A stretch of 64,000 bases of DNA from Candidatus Bathyarchaeia archaeon (GTDB lineage Archaea; Thermoproteota; Bathyarchaeia; Bathyarchaeales; Bathycorpusculaceae). A program made the translations under genes and the position numbers. Each line of letters opens with the position of its first letter. Position 1 is the stretch's first letter. This document shows, piece by piece, positions 38,855-49,015 of the stretch. The notes below the pieces were generated by a model, which had not been told where the DNA came from, did not search any database, and saw nothing but the letters and a program-made list of their open reading frames with translations. The stretch lies in the NCBI GenBank assembly GCA_049521795.1, contig JBEKOM010000002.1:64001-128000 (forward strand). Direction: 5' to 3'.

Positions 38855-40144
38855 CTATTTGATGATCTCGCCCGCGAGATAGGTTGGAAATGCCTCTTTA
38901 ATTCTTACACTCAATGTCTTGCCGAGCAAGTTGTCAGCGCTCTTGACCGTGACCGGTTTGTAGGCAAGATTGCGTCCGACCCAAGAACCTGAGGCCTTGC
39001 CAATTTCGTCGATAAGGATGTCACCTCTCCAACCAACCCACTGCTTGTTCTTCTCGTGTGCTACGCGTCTCGCAAGGGCTGCTGCCATACCGCTTCTGCG
39101 TTTAATGTTGGTTGGAAGCACGAAGTCTTTCTGCATCTCGGCCGCAGCTGTTCTCGGTCGGGCAAAAAACTTCGACACATTAACTACATCGGGCTTCGCT
39201 TCCTCAATCAAACGCAAAGTGCGTTCAAAATTCTCTTCACCCTCACCCGGAAAACCGCAAATAACGTCTGTGGCAACAGTCAACTCTGGAAACCGAGCCC
39301 TAAACGTGTCCACGACCCCTTTGAAATCATCAACAGAATAAAATCGCTGCATCCGTCTCAAGATTTGATCGTCGCCGCTCTGGACGGGCAGGTGAACAAA
39401 CTTGAAAATCTTCTTGTCACGAAACACTTCGACCAGTTCGTCCAGGATATCCATAACAACGTTCGGAGTCATCATGCCAACTCGAACTCTGAAATCTCCA
39501 TTGACCCTGCTCAAGGAGTCCAACAGCTCAACTAGGCTTGTGCCAATGTCTCTTCCATAGCACGCAGTGTCCTGTGACGTCAGCCAAAACTCGCGAAAGC
39601 CACGACCAACGTCTTCTACAACTCTTTCAACTATCTCTTGAACGCCGTAGCTTCGCAATCGACCTCTTGCAAAAACCACGCAACAGTACGCACATGAACC
39701 GAGACAACCATATCCAATGGGCAGGACGCTCACGACCGAGCTCCGCTGCACCCGGGGTAGTGCCAGCGCGGGCATACGATCTGAACTTCCATCAAGAGCC
39801 ATGACTTTCTCACCGCTCAGAAGACCACTCACAAGTTCAACGATCCTCTCACCAGCCGCTGGACCAGCAACTCCGTCAAACTTCACTTCCGTCAGCAGCC
39901 TCTCAAGATTGATCAGTGGCAAGCACCCAGCAACGATCAGCTTCTTGCCCTCAGGTACCCGTCTGCAAACCTCGATCATGCGATCTTCAGTGGGACCCTT
40001 CACAGCACACGTGTTGTAAACAACCAAGTCTGCACTCGAAACCGAACCGACCAGCTCATGCCCAGCCTCAACCAGGCACCCAGCTAGAACCGCCCCGTCC
40101 GCCTGGTTTGTGGAGCAGCCAAAACTTCGCACGAGAACTCGCAT
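38855..40144 (-). CDS. mtaB: tRNA t6A37 methylthiotransferase (archaeal/eukaryotic MtaB type)
   Basis: FGCSTN, NTCAVK, VAGC, GCLGSCAYC, HLPVQSG, C-terminal TRAM domain. Confidence 0.9.
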   Translation of the reverse strand: MRVLVRSFGCSTNQADGAVLAGCLVEAGHELVGSVSSADLVVYNTCAVKGPTEDRMIEVCRRVPEGKKLIVAGCLPLINLERLLTEVKFDGVAGPAAGERIVELVSGLLSGEKVMALDGSSDRMPALALPRVQRSSVVSVLPIGYGCLGSCAYCCVVFARGRLRSYGVQEIVERVVEDVGRGFREFWLTSQDTACYGRDIGTSLVELLDSLSRVNGDFRVRVGMMTPNVVMDILDELVEVFRDKKIFKFVHLPVQSGDDQILRRMQRFYSVDDFKGVVDTFRARFPELTVATDVICGFPGEGEENFERTLRLIEEAKPDVVNVSKFFARPRTAAAEMQKDFVLPTNIKRRSGMAAALARRVAHEKNKQWVGWRGDILIDEIGKASGSWVGRNLAYKPVTVKSADNLLGKTLSVRIKEAFPTYLAGEIIK

Positions 40145-40266
40145 ACCATTCCATCGACATACCTTGAATGCTTCAACAAGGAATAAAAACATAAGGGTTC
40201 AGACACTAGAGAATTTACAGAAACCTGCGACCGAAGTTGGGCAAGCTTTAAAAGGCCAAATGCTGA

Positions 40267-40294
40267 CATGTTAAGCGCATGTTTGCCACATGTT
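40267..40294 (+). promoter_or_regulatory. Three CATGTT repeats at 11-bp phase downstream of a TTTAAAA TATA box
   Basis: CATGTT at 40267, 40278 and 40289; TATA-like box at ~40248; directly upstream of the RHH-ftsZ operon. Confidence 0.6.
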
Positions 40295-40350
40295 ATAAGG
40301 AAGTATAAGTGCGACCACGATTTTATAGCCTACGCGGAGGGAGAGGTGTA

Positions 40351-40506
40351 TTGAAGTTAATAACGCTCTACGTGCCCGAAACTTATCTGAAAGCCTTAGA
40401 TCAACTCGTGGTCGAAAGGTTCTATCCAAACAGAGCTGAAGCCATCAGAGTGGCGATCCGTGACTTGATAAACGACGAGCTTTGGAGGAGGGACCGGGTT
40501 GACTAA
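40351..40506 (+). CDS. cdrS: Ribbon-helix-helix regulator, CdrS-like
   Basis: LITLYVP..LDQLV...YPNRAEAIRVAIRDL; GAGGTG SD; overlaps the ftsZ start as in cdrS-ftsZ operons. Confidence 0.75.
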   Translation: MKLITLYVPETYLKALDQLVVERFYPNRAEAIRVAIRDLINDELWRRDRVD

Positions 40507-41620
40507 AACGTCTCGTGCAGAGAGCTCTTTCAACTACAATTGGCGTTACACGACGGATCAAGGAACCAGGCAACCCGATTACTGTCGCATTGCAGTGATT
40601 GGGGTTGGGAGAGCCGGCAACGACACTGTGACAAAACTGATGAACATGGATGCGACCTCTGCCTACTGCATTGCCATGAACACTGACGCGGCGCATCTGA
40701 AAGCATCAAAGGCCAGCCAAAAGATTTTGATTGGAGAAAAACTCACCAAGGGCCGAGGGGTAGGGGGCGACCCTGCGCTGGGCAAGGCAGCGATCGAGGA
40801 GTCCAAGAAAAGTGCAGATGACCTACTTTCAGACATCGATATTGCCTTCATAACCGCGGGGCTGGGCGGTGGAACGGGGGCAGGTGCCGCACCAGTCGTT
40901 GCAGGGATTGCAAAACGAAAAGGAGCAGTTACGATAGGTATCGTGACAATGCCGTTTAAAAAAGAAAAAAGCCGCGACAAGTATGCAGCCAAGGCTTTGG
41001 CGGAAATGCGAAGACAGTGCGACACGATAGTCGTGATCGACAACGATAAACTTTTGCAACTTGTTCCTAACCTTCCAATAGGCGAAGCCTCTAGAGTAGC
41101 GGATCAGGTTTTGGCAAACATGATAAAAGAGATTGTTGAAACAATCTCGACGCCAAGCCTCATCAACTTCGACTTTTCAAACTTCAAGACTGTTGTTACC
41201 CATGGCGGGATGGCTGTCGTCGGCGTCGGCGAATCGGATGCACCGAACAGAGCAGAAGAGGCTGTGCGAAACGCTTTGAGAAACCCATCGTTGGACGTCG
41301 ACTATGCTGGGGCTACTGGAGCCTTGATACACGTCATAGGTGACAATCGAATGACCGTTGAAGAGGCAAACCACGTCGGCGAAATAGTCACAGAAATGAT
41401 GGACAGAAATGCCCGCGTTATCTGGGGTGCAAGCGTGGACCCACAGCAAGAAGGCAGGCTGAAAGTCACCTTAGTAATGACAGGTGTGAACTCGCCTACC
41501 AGCCTAAAAAGCGTTGGAGGTATTGCCCCACAGCTTTTCAATTTGGAACCAAACGCAGAACCTGAAAGGCCAATGGACATAAAGCTAGATCTGTACCAAA
41601 TGGAGACCGATTCAAAGTAG
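40499..41620 (+). CDS. ftsZ: FtsZ homologue (divergent)
   Basis: MNTD, AGLGGGTGAG tubulin signature, IDND, INFDFSN T7 region, VIWGA, MTGV. Confidence 0.9.
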   Translation: MTKTSRAESSFNYNWRYTTDQGTRQPDYCRIAVIGVGRAGNDTVTKLMNMDATSAYCIAMNTDAAHLKASKASQKILIGEKLTKGRGVGGDPALGKAAIEESKKSADDLLSDIDIAFITAGLGGGTGAGAAPVVAGIAKRKGAVTIGIVTMPFKKEKSRDKYAAKALAEMRRQCDTIVVIDNDKLLQLVPNLPIGEASRVADQVLANMIKEIVETISTPSLINFDFSNFKTVVTHGGMAVVGVGESDAPNRAEEAVRNALRNPSLDVDYAGATGALIHVIGDNRMTVEEANHVGEIVTEMMDRNARVIWGASVDPQQEGRLKVTLVMTGVNSPTSLKSVGGIAPQLFNLEPNAEPERPMDIKLDLYQMETDSK

Positions 41621-41783
41621 CAGGACAGTTCCTCGAAATAGCTCTTTCAGTACATTCCCTAAGCATGGCCCAACATCTCTCTCAGCCGACACCAGTGCAG
41701 ATATCCGTGTTTGTCATATTGCCTAGTTTGAAATAACGCTCTATAGCCATCTCTACTCTCCCCCTTGTGTTAGAGGAAAAAGT

Positions 41784-41972
41784 ATGGTTAACTGTCCAAA
41801 GTGCGGAGAGCCTATGTCGAAGGGAAAAAGAGGCAAGTACTTCTGCGAAAGGGCAAATTGTGCAGTCATATTTGTACGATGTCCTTCTTTCCCCAGCAGA
41901 ACGAAGCTTGCTTCCTCGTCATTAGCAACAACCATTCATTCTGTAGAGTTCTCACCTTCACCGACTGTTTAG
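41784..41972 (+). CDS. Small zinc-finger protein
   Basis: CPKCG..YFCERANC; GAGG SD upstream. Confidence 0.5.
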   Translation: MVNCPKCGEPMSKGKRGKYFCERANCAVIFVRCPSFPSRTKLASSSLATTIHSVEFSPSPTV

Positions 41973-42825
41973 GTCGGCGACAGCTGAAGAGAATCCAAAC
42001 GATGAACGTGAGCACCAACATTGGGATGGGCCCAAATGTGCTCACTGGCGGGCTGAAGGGTCCTCCGCTCTGCTCTTGGGTGAAAGCATTCTGAACTTCA
42101 ATGACACAATGCAGTATTTCTTGCCGATGGTTCTCGTTTGAGGAATTATGCTATGTGGCTTTAGGATTAAGAGCTTGCGCGATGCCTTTCTCAGCTTGTC
42201 TTATTGCAATGAAAAGTTTTGATGATAAGTATTTTTGCCAAGCACATTGATAATGATGGTAAACAACTCTCCTTTCTCTTTTCTCGGCCTATTGTGGCTT
42301 CATTCCGAAAATCTGATGCTTAACGTCCATGGCGGTAGTAGCGCGCTGGCTTGTGCCTAAATTCGCAAAATACGCGTAACTGAAAGCATATACATTTTGC
42401 ATATACAGTTGACGAGCATTGTTGAAAACGCTGAGGGTGTTCAGGTTGGATGCGACGCTCTACGGGCTGTTCAAGTGTGCACGCACAATAAAGGGACAAG
42501 GCACCGCGCTTAAGTGATGATCCAGTTGTCTGGGTTCTGGTACAGCACTTTGGCATCGCCTTGCCACAGTAGGTCGGCAAGCGCAAGAAATTCTTTGCTG
42601 GGAAGCCTCTTGCTCATGTTAATCATTCCTGTGAGTATGGCAAATTCTAATATAAACCGTGTTGCAGACGTCAAAACATATCCAAAACTGACACATTCCA
42701 TACGCAAACTCGGCTTTCAAAGCCTCAAGAGATGAAGTGAGAACTAGGCACTTGTGAAAAACCGTGTCAATGCCTAGCGTGATTGCCGTTGGCTTTCTGC
42801 TTCTCCTTCTTGTTCATGTTTCTCT

Positions 42826-43473
42826 TCACAACCTGAACCTCCTGCGTAAAACAGAGATCTCCCTTTCCAATCTCACGGCTAAGGGTATTGCCTTACCAAA
42901 AGGCTGGCACTGGTTCCTTCTAATTGCGTTGATAACGTCATCGGCGTCCGGCTCAGCATTGACCAGCGTGTAGGCGCAGCCTATTTCAGGACCGTAATGA
43001 GCATCGCTGCCGGCTACGCGGGCTTTCTTAAGCCAAGAAGCAATCTGTTCGGCACGCTTTGCAGAATACCTGAAAGGGATCGCGGATGAGTTTATCACTT
43101 CGACAGCGTCAAACATTGAAGTAGTGTGATCGCCCAAACTTCCTTTGAACATGGCTCCTGGATGACACGCAATTGCGATTCCATCCGCTTTATGAATTCT
43201 GTCTACAGTTTCCTCTGCTGTCAGTCCCTTCGTCACTGGATCTTGAATGTTGAGTGCAAGGATGTGGCCGTCGGAGCTCGTGATCTCCATCCCTGGCAGA
43301 ATCAGAAAATCCTTTTCCTTGGACATTCTCAGTGAACCGTCAAGTCGGTCATGGTCGGTTACCGCAACGCCATCCAGGCCTCTTTTTTTTGCGTAGTATG
43401 CAACCTCTTCAGGTGCGATAAGGGAGTCGACCGAATAAGTGGTGTGTACGTGTAAGTCGATCTTTAATTGCAA
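42826..43473 (-). CDS. PHP-domain phosphoesterase
   Basis: DLHVHT..DS, VTDHD, GMEI..GH, CHP, GSDAH. Confidence 0.92.
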   Translation of the reverse strand: MQLKIDLHVHTTYSVDSLIAPEEVAYYAKKRGLDGVAVTDHDRLDGSLRMSKEKDFLILPGMEITSSDGHILALNIQDPVTKGLTAEETVDRIHKADGIAIACHPGAMFKGSLGDHTTSMFDAVEVINSSAIPFRYSAKRAEQIASWLKKARVAGSDAHYGPEIGCAYTLVNAEPDADDVINAIRRNQCQPFGKAIPLAVRLEREISVLRRRFRL

Positions 43474-43496
43474 ATTCTCAAAGCCCCAGCGTGATT

Positions 43497-45191
43497 TCAG
43501 ACCGCATTTGCCAACTTCCTCACTTTTTGGAGCTTTTCTTCCAGCTCTTGGGGGCTATCGTCTATTTTTCTGAACAAAGGTTTTGACTTTGCAATGCTGT
43601 GGTCCGATGGTAATGGCTTCAATGCTTCGTCCCACTTCTGTTCGTGCACGCTTCCGGGTAAGTTGAGGGTCTTCCATATCTCTTCAGCGGTAACTGGAAC
43701 GAATGGAGCTGAGGCAATTGCCAACGCTTTGACCACTTGAGCTGCCGCATTTAAGACTTTGGCAGCTTTTTTTCTATCCTTCTTGATGAGGTTCCACGGT
43801 TCTTTTTCGTTCAAGTACTGGTTTCCCATTCTGCTGATGCCTATCATCGTGTTTGCTGCGGACTGCAATCTGCAGGCTTCAATTTCTCTCGCTATCATCT
43901 CCGTCTTTTCCCCAAGAACCTTCAAGAGTTGTGTGGCATCTTCATCTGCGCCTTCAGTTTTAGGGATCACGCTATCGAATTGAGAGCTGATGAAGGTTAG
44001 GGTTCTGTGTATGAAGTTGCCGAAGGTGTCGTTTAGGTCAGCGTTGACCTTCTCAGTGAACAGGTCCCATGAAAAGTTTGAATCTTTCGTTTCTGGCCTC
44101 GTTGCTATTAGGAAGTATCGCCAGTAATCTGAGGAGAAGAGCTCCAGCGCTTCGTCAATCCAGATTCCCACCTTCTGGCTTTTTGAAGCTTTTTCGCCTT
44201 TGAACTGCAAGAATTCTGTCGCTGAAACGTTCCAAGGAAGGTTGTAGCCTTCGCCTGAGGCAAGTAACAATGCCGGCAAGATTATCGTGTGGAAAGGAAT
44301 GTTGTCTTTTCCTATGAAATAGTATGTTTTGGCTTCTTTGTTAAACCAGTACTCTTTCCATCTCTCCGGTTGTCCACGCTTCCTGAAGTATTCGATCGTC
44401 GCTGACACGTAGCCTAGGACGGCTTCTACCCACACGTAGATTCTCTTGTTCTCTGCACCTGGGAAGGGGGCTTGAATTCCCCAAGCGAGGTCCCTCGTCA
44501 CTGCTCTGGGCTTCAACCCTTCTCTTAACAGGCTTATGCTGAAGTTTTTAGTGTTGCTGGCTAATTGTTCATTACCGCTGAGGTAATCGCTGATCTGTTC
44601 GGAAAGCTTGGGCAGGTCAAAGTACCAGTGTTTCGTCGTCCTCAAGACTGGTTTGCTGTTGCATATGGCGCAGTACGGGTCAATGAGCAGTGTCGTTTCT
44701 AGCAGTCTTCCACAGTTTTCGCACTGGTCTCCACGGGCGTGTTCATAACCACAGTATGGACATTTTCCTTCAACGTACCTGTCGGGGAGAAATCGACCGC
44801 ATTTCTCACAATAGAGCATTTCAGTTTCTTGCGTGAAAATGTACCCGTTGTCATAGATTTTAGTCAAAAAGCCTTTGACGAATTCCTTGTGCACAGGGTT
44901 TTCCGTTCTCGTGTAGTTGTCAAAGGATATTCCCCAAGCCTTCAACAGCTCAACGATCTTCGCATGGTTTCTGTCCGTCAGTTCTTTAGGCGAGATGCCT
45001 AGTCTTATGGATTCTACCTCCACCGGTGTGCCGTGTTCATCTGAGCCGCTGACCATGATAACATCCTCACCCTTCAGCCGGCAGTATCTAGCGAACACGT
45101 CTGCAGACAGGATTGAACCTACTAGGTTGCCTAGGTGGGGAGTACTGTGCACGTAAGGCCAACCGGACGTGACTAGGGTTCTGAGTCTCAA
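43497..45191 (-). CDS. metG: Methionine--tRNA ligase
   Basis: PYVHSTPHLGN (HIGH), SDEHG, two Zn knuckles, IGKDNIPFH, KASKS. Confidence 0.97.
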   Translation of the reverse strand: MRLRTLVTSGWPYVHSTPHLGNLVGSILSADVFARYCRLKGEDVIMVSGSDEHGTPVEVESIRLGISPKELTDRNHAKIVELLKAWGISFDNYTRTENPVHKEFVKGFLTKIYDNGYIFTQETEMLYCEKCGRFLPDRYVEGKCPYCGYEHARGDQCENCGRLLETTLLIDPYCAICNSKPVLRTTKHWYFDLPKLSEQISDYLSGNEQLASNTKNFSISLLREGLKPRAVTRDLAWGIQAPFPGAENKRIYVWVEAVLGYVSATIEYFRKRGQPERWKEYWFNKEAKTYYFIGKDNIPFHTIILPALLLASGEGYNLPWNVSATEFLQFKGEKASKSQKVGIWIDEALELFSSDYWRYFLIATRPETKDSNFSWDLFTEKVNADLNDTFGNFIHRTLTFISSQFDSVIPKTEGADEDATQLLKVLGEKTEMIAREIEACRLQSAANTMIGISRMGNQYLNEKEPWNLIKKDRKKAAKVLNAAAQVVKALAIASAPFVPVTAEEIWKTLNLPGSVHEQKWDEALKPLPSDHSIAKSKPLFRKIDDSPQELEEKLQKVRKLANAV

Positions 45192-45331
45192 CGTAGCTCC
45201 AACATCCGTGGATGCGATTATTACAGATTAGAAGTTCAATTACTTAGACTATTCGTTTCTCTTTCAACTGGAGCTTCCCGCTTCTAGTGATTTCAGAAAG
45301 GGGGCGTCCTCTTATGGAGGAAAGTCGTGAC

Positions 45332-46345
45332 CTAGCAAGCGTCTGCGATGGGACTTATTTTGGTTATATCGTTCAACACTGCGTAAGCCGTCTGCCTGAG
45401 ACCTGAGAACTGTGCTGAGACGAAGACTTGCTGGGATGTCTTGAAGGAAAGTTTCAGCCCCATATGTCCTCCTTTGACCGTGGCCAGAGGGTCGTCTAGC
45501 GGTACGAGCCGCGGTTCGACGCGCATTTCATGCTTGGTTCCTCTCTTTGAGATTTCGCACACCAATTTCACTCTCTTTTTCAGTTCTCTGGCTTTCTCAA
45601 CCATCGGTCCGATGTTTCTTATTCCTTCCACCTTCACGTTCTCCAGCTTCGCGGCGTTCTTGAAGAGCGAATTGGCCAATATCACTACTTTTCTGGCGGC
45701 ATCTATTCCGTCCACGTCGTCAGAGTAGTTTGTTTCGGCCCACCCTGCTCTTATTGCATATTTCAAGGCTTCTTGGAAGTCTCTGCCCTTCTCCATTTCG
45801 CCTATTATGAAGTTCGTCGTGGCGTTGAGTACCCCTTGAAGACTCAGAAGCTCATCAGCCCTGAAACATGAATCAATCAAGCAGAAGACGGGAACATGAG
45901 CTGCAACCGTTGCCTCGTAAAGGAGCTTGACATGGTTGCTTCTGGCCAGCTCCGAGAGGCTGGCGTACGCGACGACAAGAGGACCCTTGTTGGCCGTCAC
46001 AACGTTCTTCTTCCGCATCAAGGCAGCCCTGATGTGGGATAGGCCCGGCTCACCCGACAGGGTCGACGGCGTCAGCTCCACGACCACGTCGCTTTCGACA
46101 TCTCTAATGGCCTCCGGTGCTGCGTATTTACTGACATATTGACTGAAGCCTTTCCATCGATTATCCTTATGCTTCAACACTTTTCCTAGATCTAGACCTT
46201 TTTCATCCACTGCGGTTCCTTTCGAATCAGAAATTGAAACTACTGTGAGATCGACTCCGAGAGCTTTCAGAGTGTCTTGTTTTTCTCTTATGAGCGAGAG
46301 AAGAGTCTTGCCAACGTTACCCAAGCCGATGAGTTGCATTTTCAT
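45332..46345 (-). CDS. hom: Homoserine dehydrogenase
   Basis: GLGNVG, VTANKGP, YEATV, LNATTN, DVDGIDAARK. Confidence 0.9.
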   Translation of the reverse strand: MKMQLIGLGNVGKTLLSLIREKQDTLKALGVDLTVVSISDSKGTAVDEKGLDLGKVLKHKDNRWKGFSQYVSKYAAPEAIRDVESDVVVELTPSTLSGEPGLSHIRAALMRKKNVVTANKGPLVVAYASLSELARSNHVKLLYEATVAAHVPVFCLIDSCFRADELLSLQGVLNATTNFIIGEMEKGRDFQEALKYAIRAGWAETNYSDDVDGIDAARKVVILANSLFKNAAKLENVKVEGIRNIGPMVEKARELKKRVKLVCEISKRGTKHEMRVEPRLVPLDDPLATVKGGHMGLKLSFKTSQQVFVSAQFSGLRQTAYAVLNDITKISPIADAC

Positions 46346-46700
46346 GCAGGAAGCCTTGTTGTTGCGCGTATTTTAGACTTCGCACGTTCTTCTTGCTGAT
46401 TGAGGAACAAGGTTCAAACTATCAATCAAGCAAGCAAAAATCTTGCTGAAGAAATTTGAAACAGTCACAGGTGGAGAGTCAAAGATTTAAAAAGAAAAGG
46501 TTTGATTCTGCTCAAGCGTGAGTTTCTGACCGGACTTATCACTCATCGATTATCCACAAAGGGTACTAATCATCGCCTCGTTTGGCAGGCGCCTCACGCT
46601 TGCGCGCGCAAATCTTCAGCATCCAAAGGAATGAAAAAGAAAAAGTGTTCAGCGAAAAGGATTTCTGCACTCGCGAAGAATAAGAAGCTGAGGGCTCATA

Positions 46701-46904
46701 TTGGAAAGCGTTGACGAGTTCAGACGTTATCGGGAGCGAATGAATGCACGAATCCTTTCAAGCGGCAATCTTGGAATCAAACGTTTCTTCGCTTTGGACA
46801 GCCGAGCTTACGAAAAAGGCGCTCTAGATGTCAAGACCAAGGAGCCGCTGGGTCTCGTTGCATCCGTGGTCTTGCGCTGCAACGACTGCATTACTTCCCC
46901 CTGA
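46701..46904 (+). pseudogene. Truncated AhpD/carboxymuconolactone-decarboxylase-family gene
   Basis: RFFALDSRAY..GALDVKTKE..LVAS..LRCNDCI, then an abrupt stop at an 11-bp inverted repeat. Confidence 0.7.
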
Positions 46905-47096
46905 GTGAGAAGTAATGCATGAAATTCATTCACTTTAGTCTGGTTTTTTCTCTGTGAGTGGAGGCACGAAGTCGGCTTCTGAACAAATGAATAACTTTGT
47001 TAGTTCCGTTAATATCGTTAATTTTGGTTCTATACTGTCCCGCGGCTGTCTGTCTTGTGAGTCTCATGCGTTCCTTTGAGGCGTCTGCACTCGAGT

Positions 47097-47516
47097 GGAA
47101 TCACGCTTGGTGGGTCCAGCGATAATACCATATCGAATAACACATTTCTTTCTCTACCTGGGAACGGCATTTGGATAACGGACTCCAGCCAGTGAAACAC
47201 GATAGTCGACAACAGTTTGAATTTGAACCACTACGGCATCGTCCTGTCGAATGCTTCCAACTACAATGTCATAGCGAATAGCTTTGTCAACTCGTCTGAT
47301 TGGTCAGGTATTCGTCTGAACTGGCAAGGGTCAAATGGGAGTAGCTACAAAAATGTTTTCAGCGGATCATTAGTCATCGTGACACTTACGTTTCAACCTT
47401 TACGGGCAGGATCAACATCCCTAGCCTTCTCGTACATCACTATAGCCAACCTATCAGCAGCGCCAATAACAAACCTCGCCTGTAACGGCTTCGTTGAAGT
47501 GCAAGGTTTCGCATGA
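47097..47516 (+). pseudogene. Mosaic remnant: PbH1/NosD repeats joined to a cohesin C-terminal half
   Basis: GITLGGSSDNTISNN..GIWITDSSQ* (in-frame TGA at 47193)..GIVLSNASNYNVIAN, then GSLVIVTLTFQ..GSTSLAF..NGFVEV. Confidence 0.65.
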
Positions 47517-47589
47517 TAAAGCTGCAGGCGAGTCTTCATCAGTAGACTCAGAATTCGCGAGCTTGAGCAGGAAAACGGCGCGCCCGCAT

Positions 47590-47658
47590 ATGTGGAGTTA
47601 CCATACCGGTGGATATGTTGAGTCTTCTCCTGCAGTCAGTGGTGGTGTAGTCTACTTG
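47590..47658 (+). pseudogene. Single PQQ-type beta-propeller blade remnant
   Basis: MWSYHTGGYVESSPAVSGGVVY. Confidence 0.55.
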
Positions 47659-47740
47659 GAGCTCCATCGGAAGGATCCACTCCGTCTGAAAAAAAGAAAG
47701 AGGAGGTGGAAATGCGGGCGCAAGCTATTGCGTTGAAGCC

Positions 47741-49015
47741 TTAAACTGTTTGGCCGAAGTTGTTAGCGAGTAATATGGAGTCAAGGATGTTTATTGTGTT
47801 GTCGTGGTTCAGGTCAGCGAGGGCGTTCCAGTTTGCGGCGCCTGGTGAGGACCCGAAAGCGTTTGCTAAGATTACAGCATCTAGGATATTGACTACATGG
47901 TCACCGTTGAGGTCTCCGGTTGGAACAGAAATGTCAACGCTTCCGCTTATCCCGCTCCTCGAAAGCGCGCGCGCGCTTGTGTCAGCAATTTCGACGTCGT
48001 ACAGCGTCAAGTCACTTGACGCCACTTGTCCCTTTGGTGGCGTGGATATGACTTGGAACGTTACCGTCGCAACTGTTCCGGTTCCGTTCAATAACGGCGG
48101 ATGCCATACACCGCTGTCATCTGGAAGTATAAAACCTGCGAAGTTCACGTAGTTTGATCCGTAGTTCGGCCCATAGTAAAGCACGCCTCCGTTAGGCGGA
48201 GCAGCAGGTCCATTCAAGAAAGTCCCATTGTTAACCGCCACCACCGAAAGCAAAGTTGGGTCATAGCCAAGTGTGAACTCGAAGCCAACAACGTTGTTTG
48301 CCGGGTCTATATTGTGGGCAACTATGCTTACCGTGAACGTCTGGCTTACGGACGTTGCTTGATACAGAGACGGCTCAGCGGCTAGAAACGGACCGATGGC
48401 ATAGAATCCGCTTATGTCTTTGTGTGTGATGGCCTTTGCTCCGCTGTCACCAAGTTTGGTGTCGTACAGCTGCAACTCACATGACGCTCCTGATCCGTCT
48501 GACGGCTTATATATGACTCGGAACGTTACCGTCGCAACTGTTCCGGTTCCGTTCAATAACGGCGGATGCCATACACCGCTGTCATCTGGAAGTATAAAAC
48601 CTGCGAAGTTCACGTAGTTTGATCCGTAGTTCGGCCCAATACGGTTTGATCCGTAGTTCGGCCCATAGTAAAGCACGCCTCCGTTAGGCGGAGCAGCAGG
48701 TCCATTCAAGAAAGTCCCATTGTTAACCGCCACCACCGAAAGCAAAGTTGGGTCATAGCCAAGGTTGAACTCGAAGCCAACAGCGTTGCTTGCCGGGTCT
48801 ATATTGTGGGCAACTATGCTTACCGTGAACGTCTGGCTTACGGACGTTGCTTGATACAGAAACGGTTCCACTGAAAAGTATGGTACGCTGGCGCTGGTCG
48901 TTGCAGCCTGTGCTTGCATTGTTGATGGTTGAATTAGTGCGACTAATCCTGTCAACATTGCGACTATAGCGATCGTTGCAAACATGTGGATAACTTTCGC
49001 TAAAGTATTCTTCAT
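47741..49015 (-). CDS. Secreted protein with two cohesin domains and a C-terminal dockerin
   Basis: Signal peptide; two GFEFxLGYDP cohesins; GDLNGDHVVNILD..ADLNHDNTINILD dockerin. Confidence 0.9.
   Translation of the reverse strand: MKNTLAKVIHMFATIAIVAMLTGLVALIQPSTMQAQAATTSASVPYFSVEPFLYQATSVSQTFTVSIVAHNIDPASNAVGFEFNLGYDPTLLSVVAVNNGTFLNGPAAPPNGGVLYYGPNYGSNRIGPNYGSNYVNFAGFILPDDSGVWHPPLLNGTGTVATVTFRVIYKPSDGSGASCELQLYDTKLGDSGAKAITHKDISGFYAIGPFLAAEPSLYQATSVSQTFTVSIVAHNIDPANNVVGFEFTLGYDPTLLSVVAVNNGTFLNGPAAPPNGGVLYYGPNYGSNYVNFAGFILPDDSGVWHPPLLNGTGTVATVTFQVISTPPKGQVASSDLTLYDVEIADTSARALSRSGISGSVDISVPTGDLNGDHVVNILDAVILANAFGSSPGAANWNALADLNHDNTINILDSILLANNFGQTV
48046..48868. repeat. Near-identical ~330-bp intragenic duplication (48046-48376 and 48511-48868) with a nested 27-bp duplication
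   Basis: Long exact nucleotide runs shared; offset changes from 465 to 492 because of an extra GPNYGSNRI. Confidence 0.92.
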
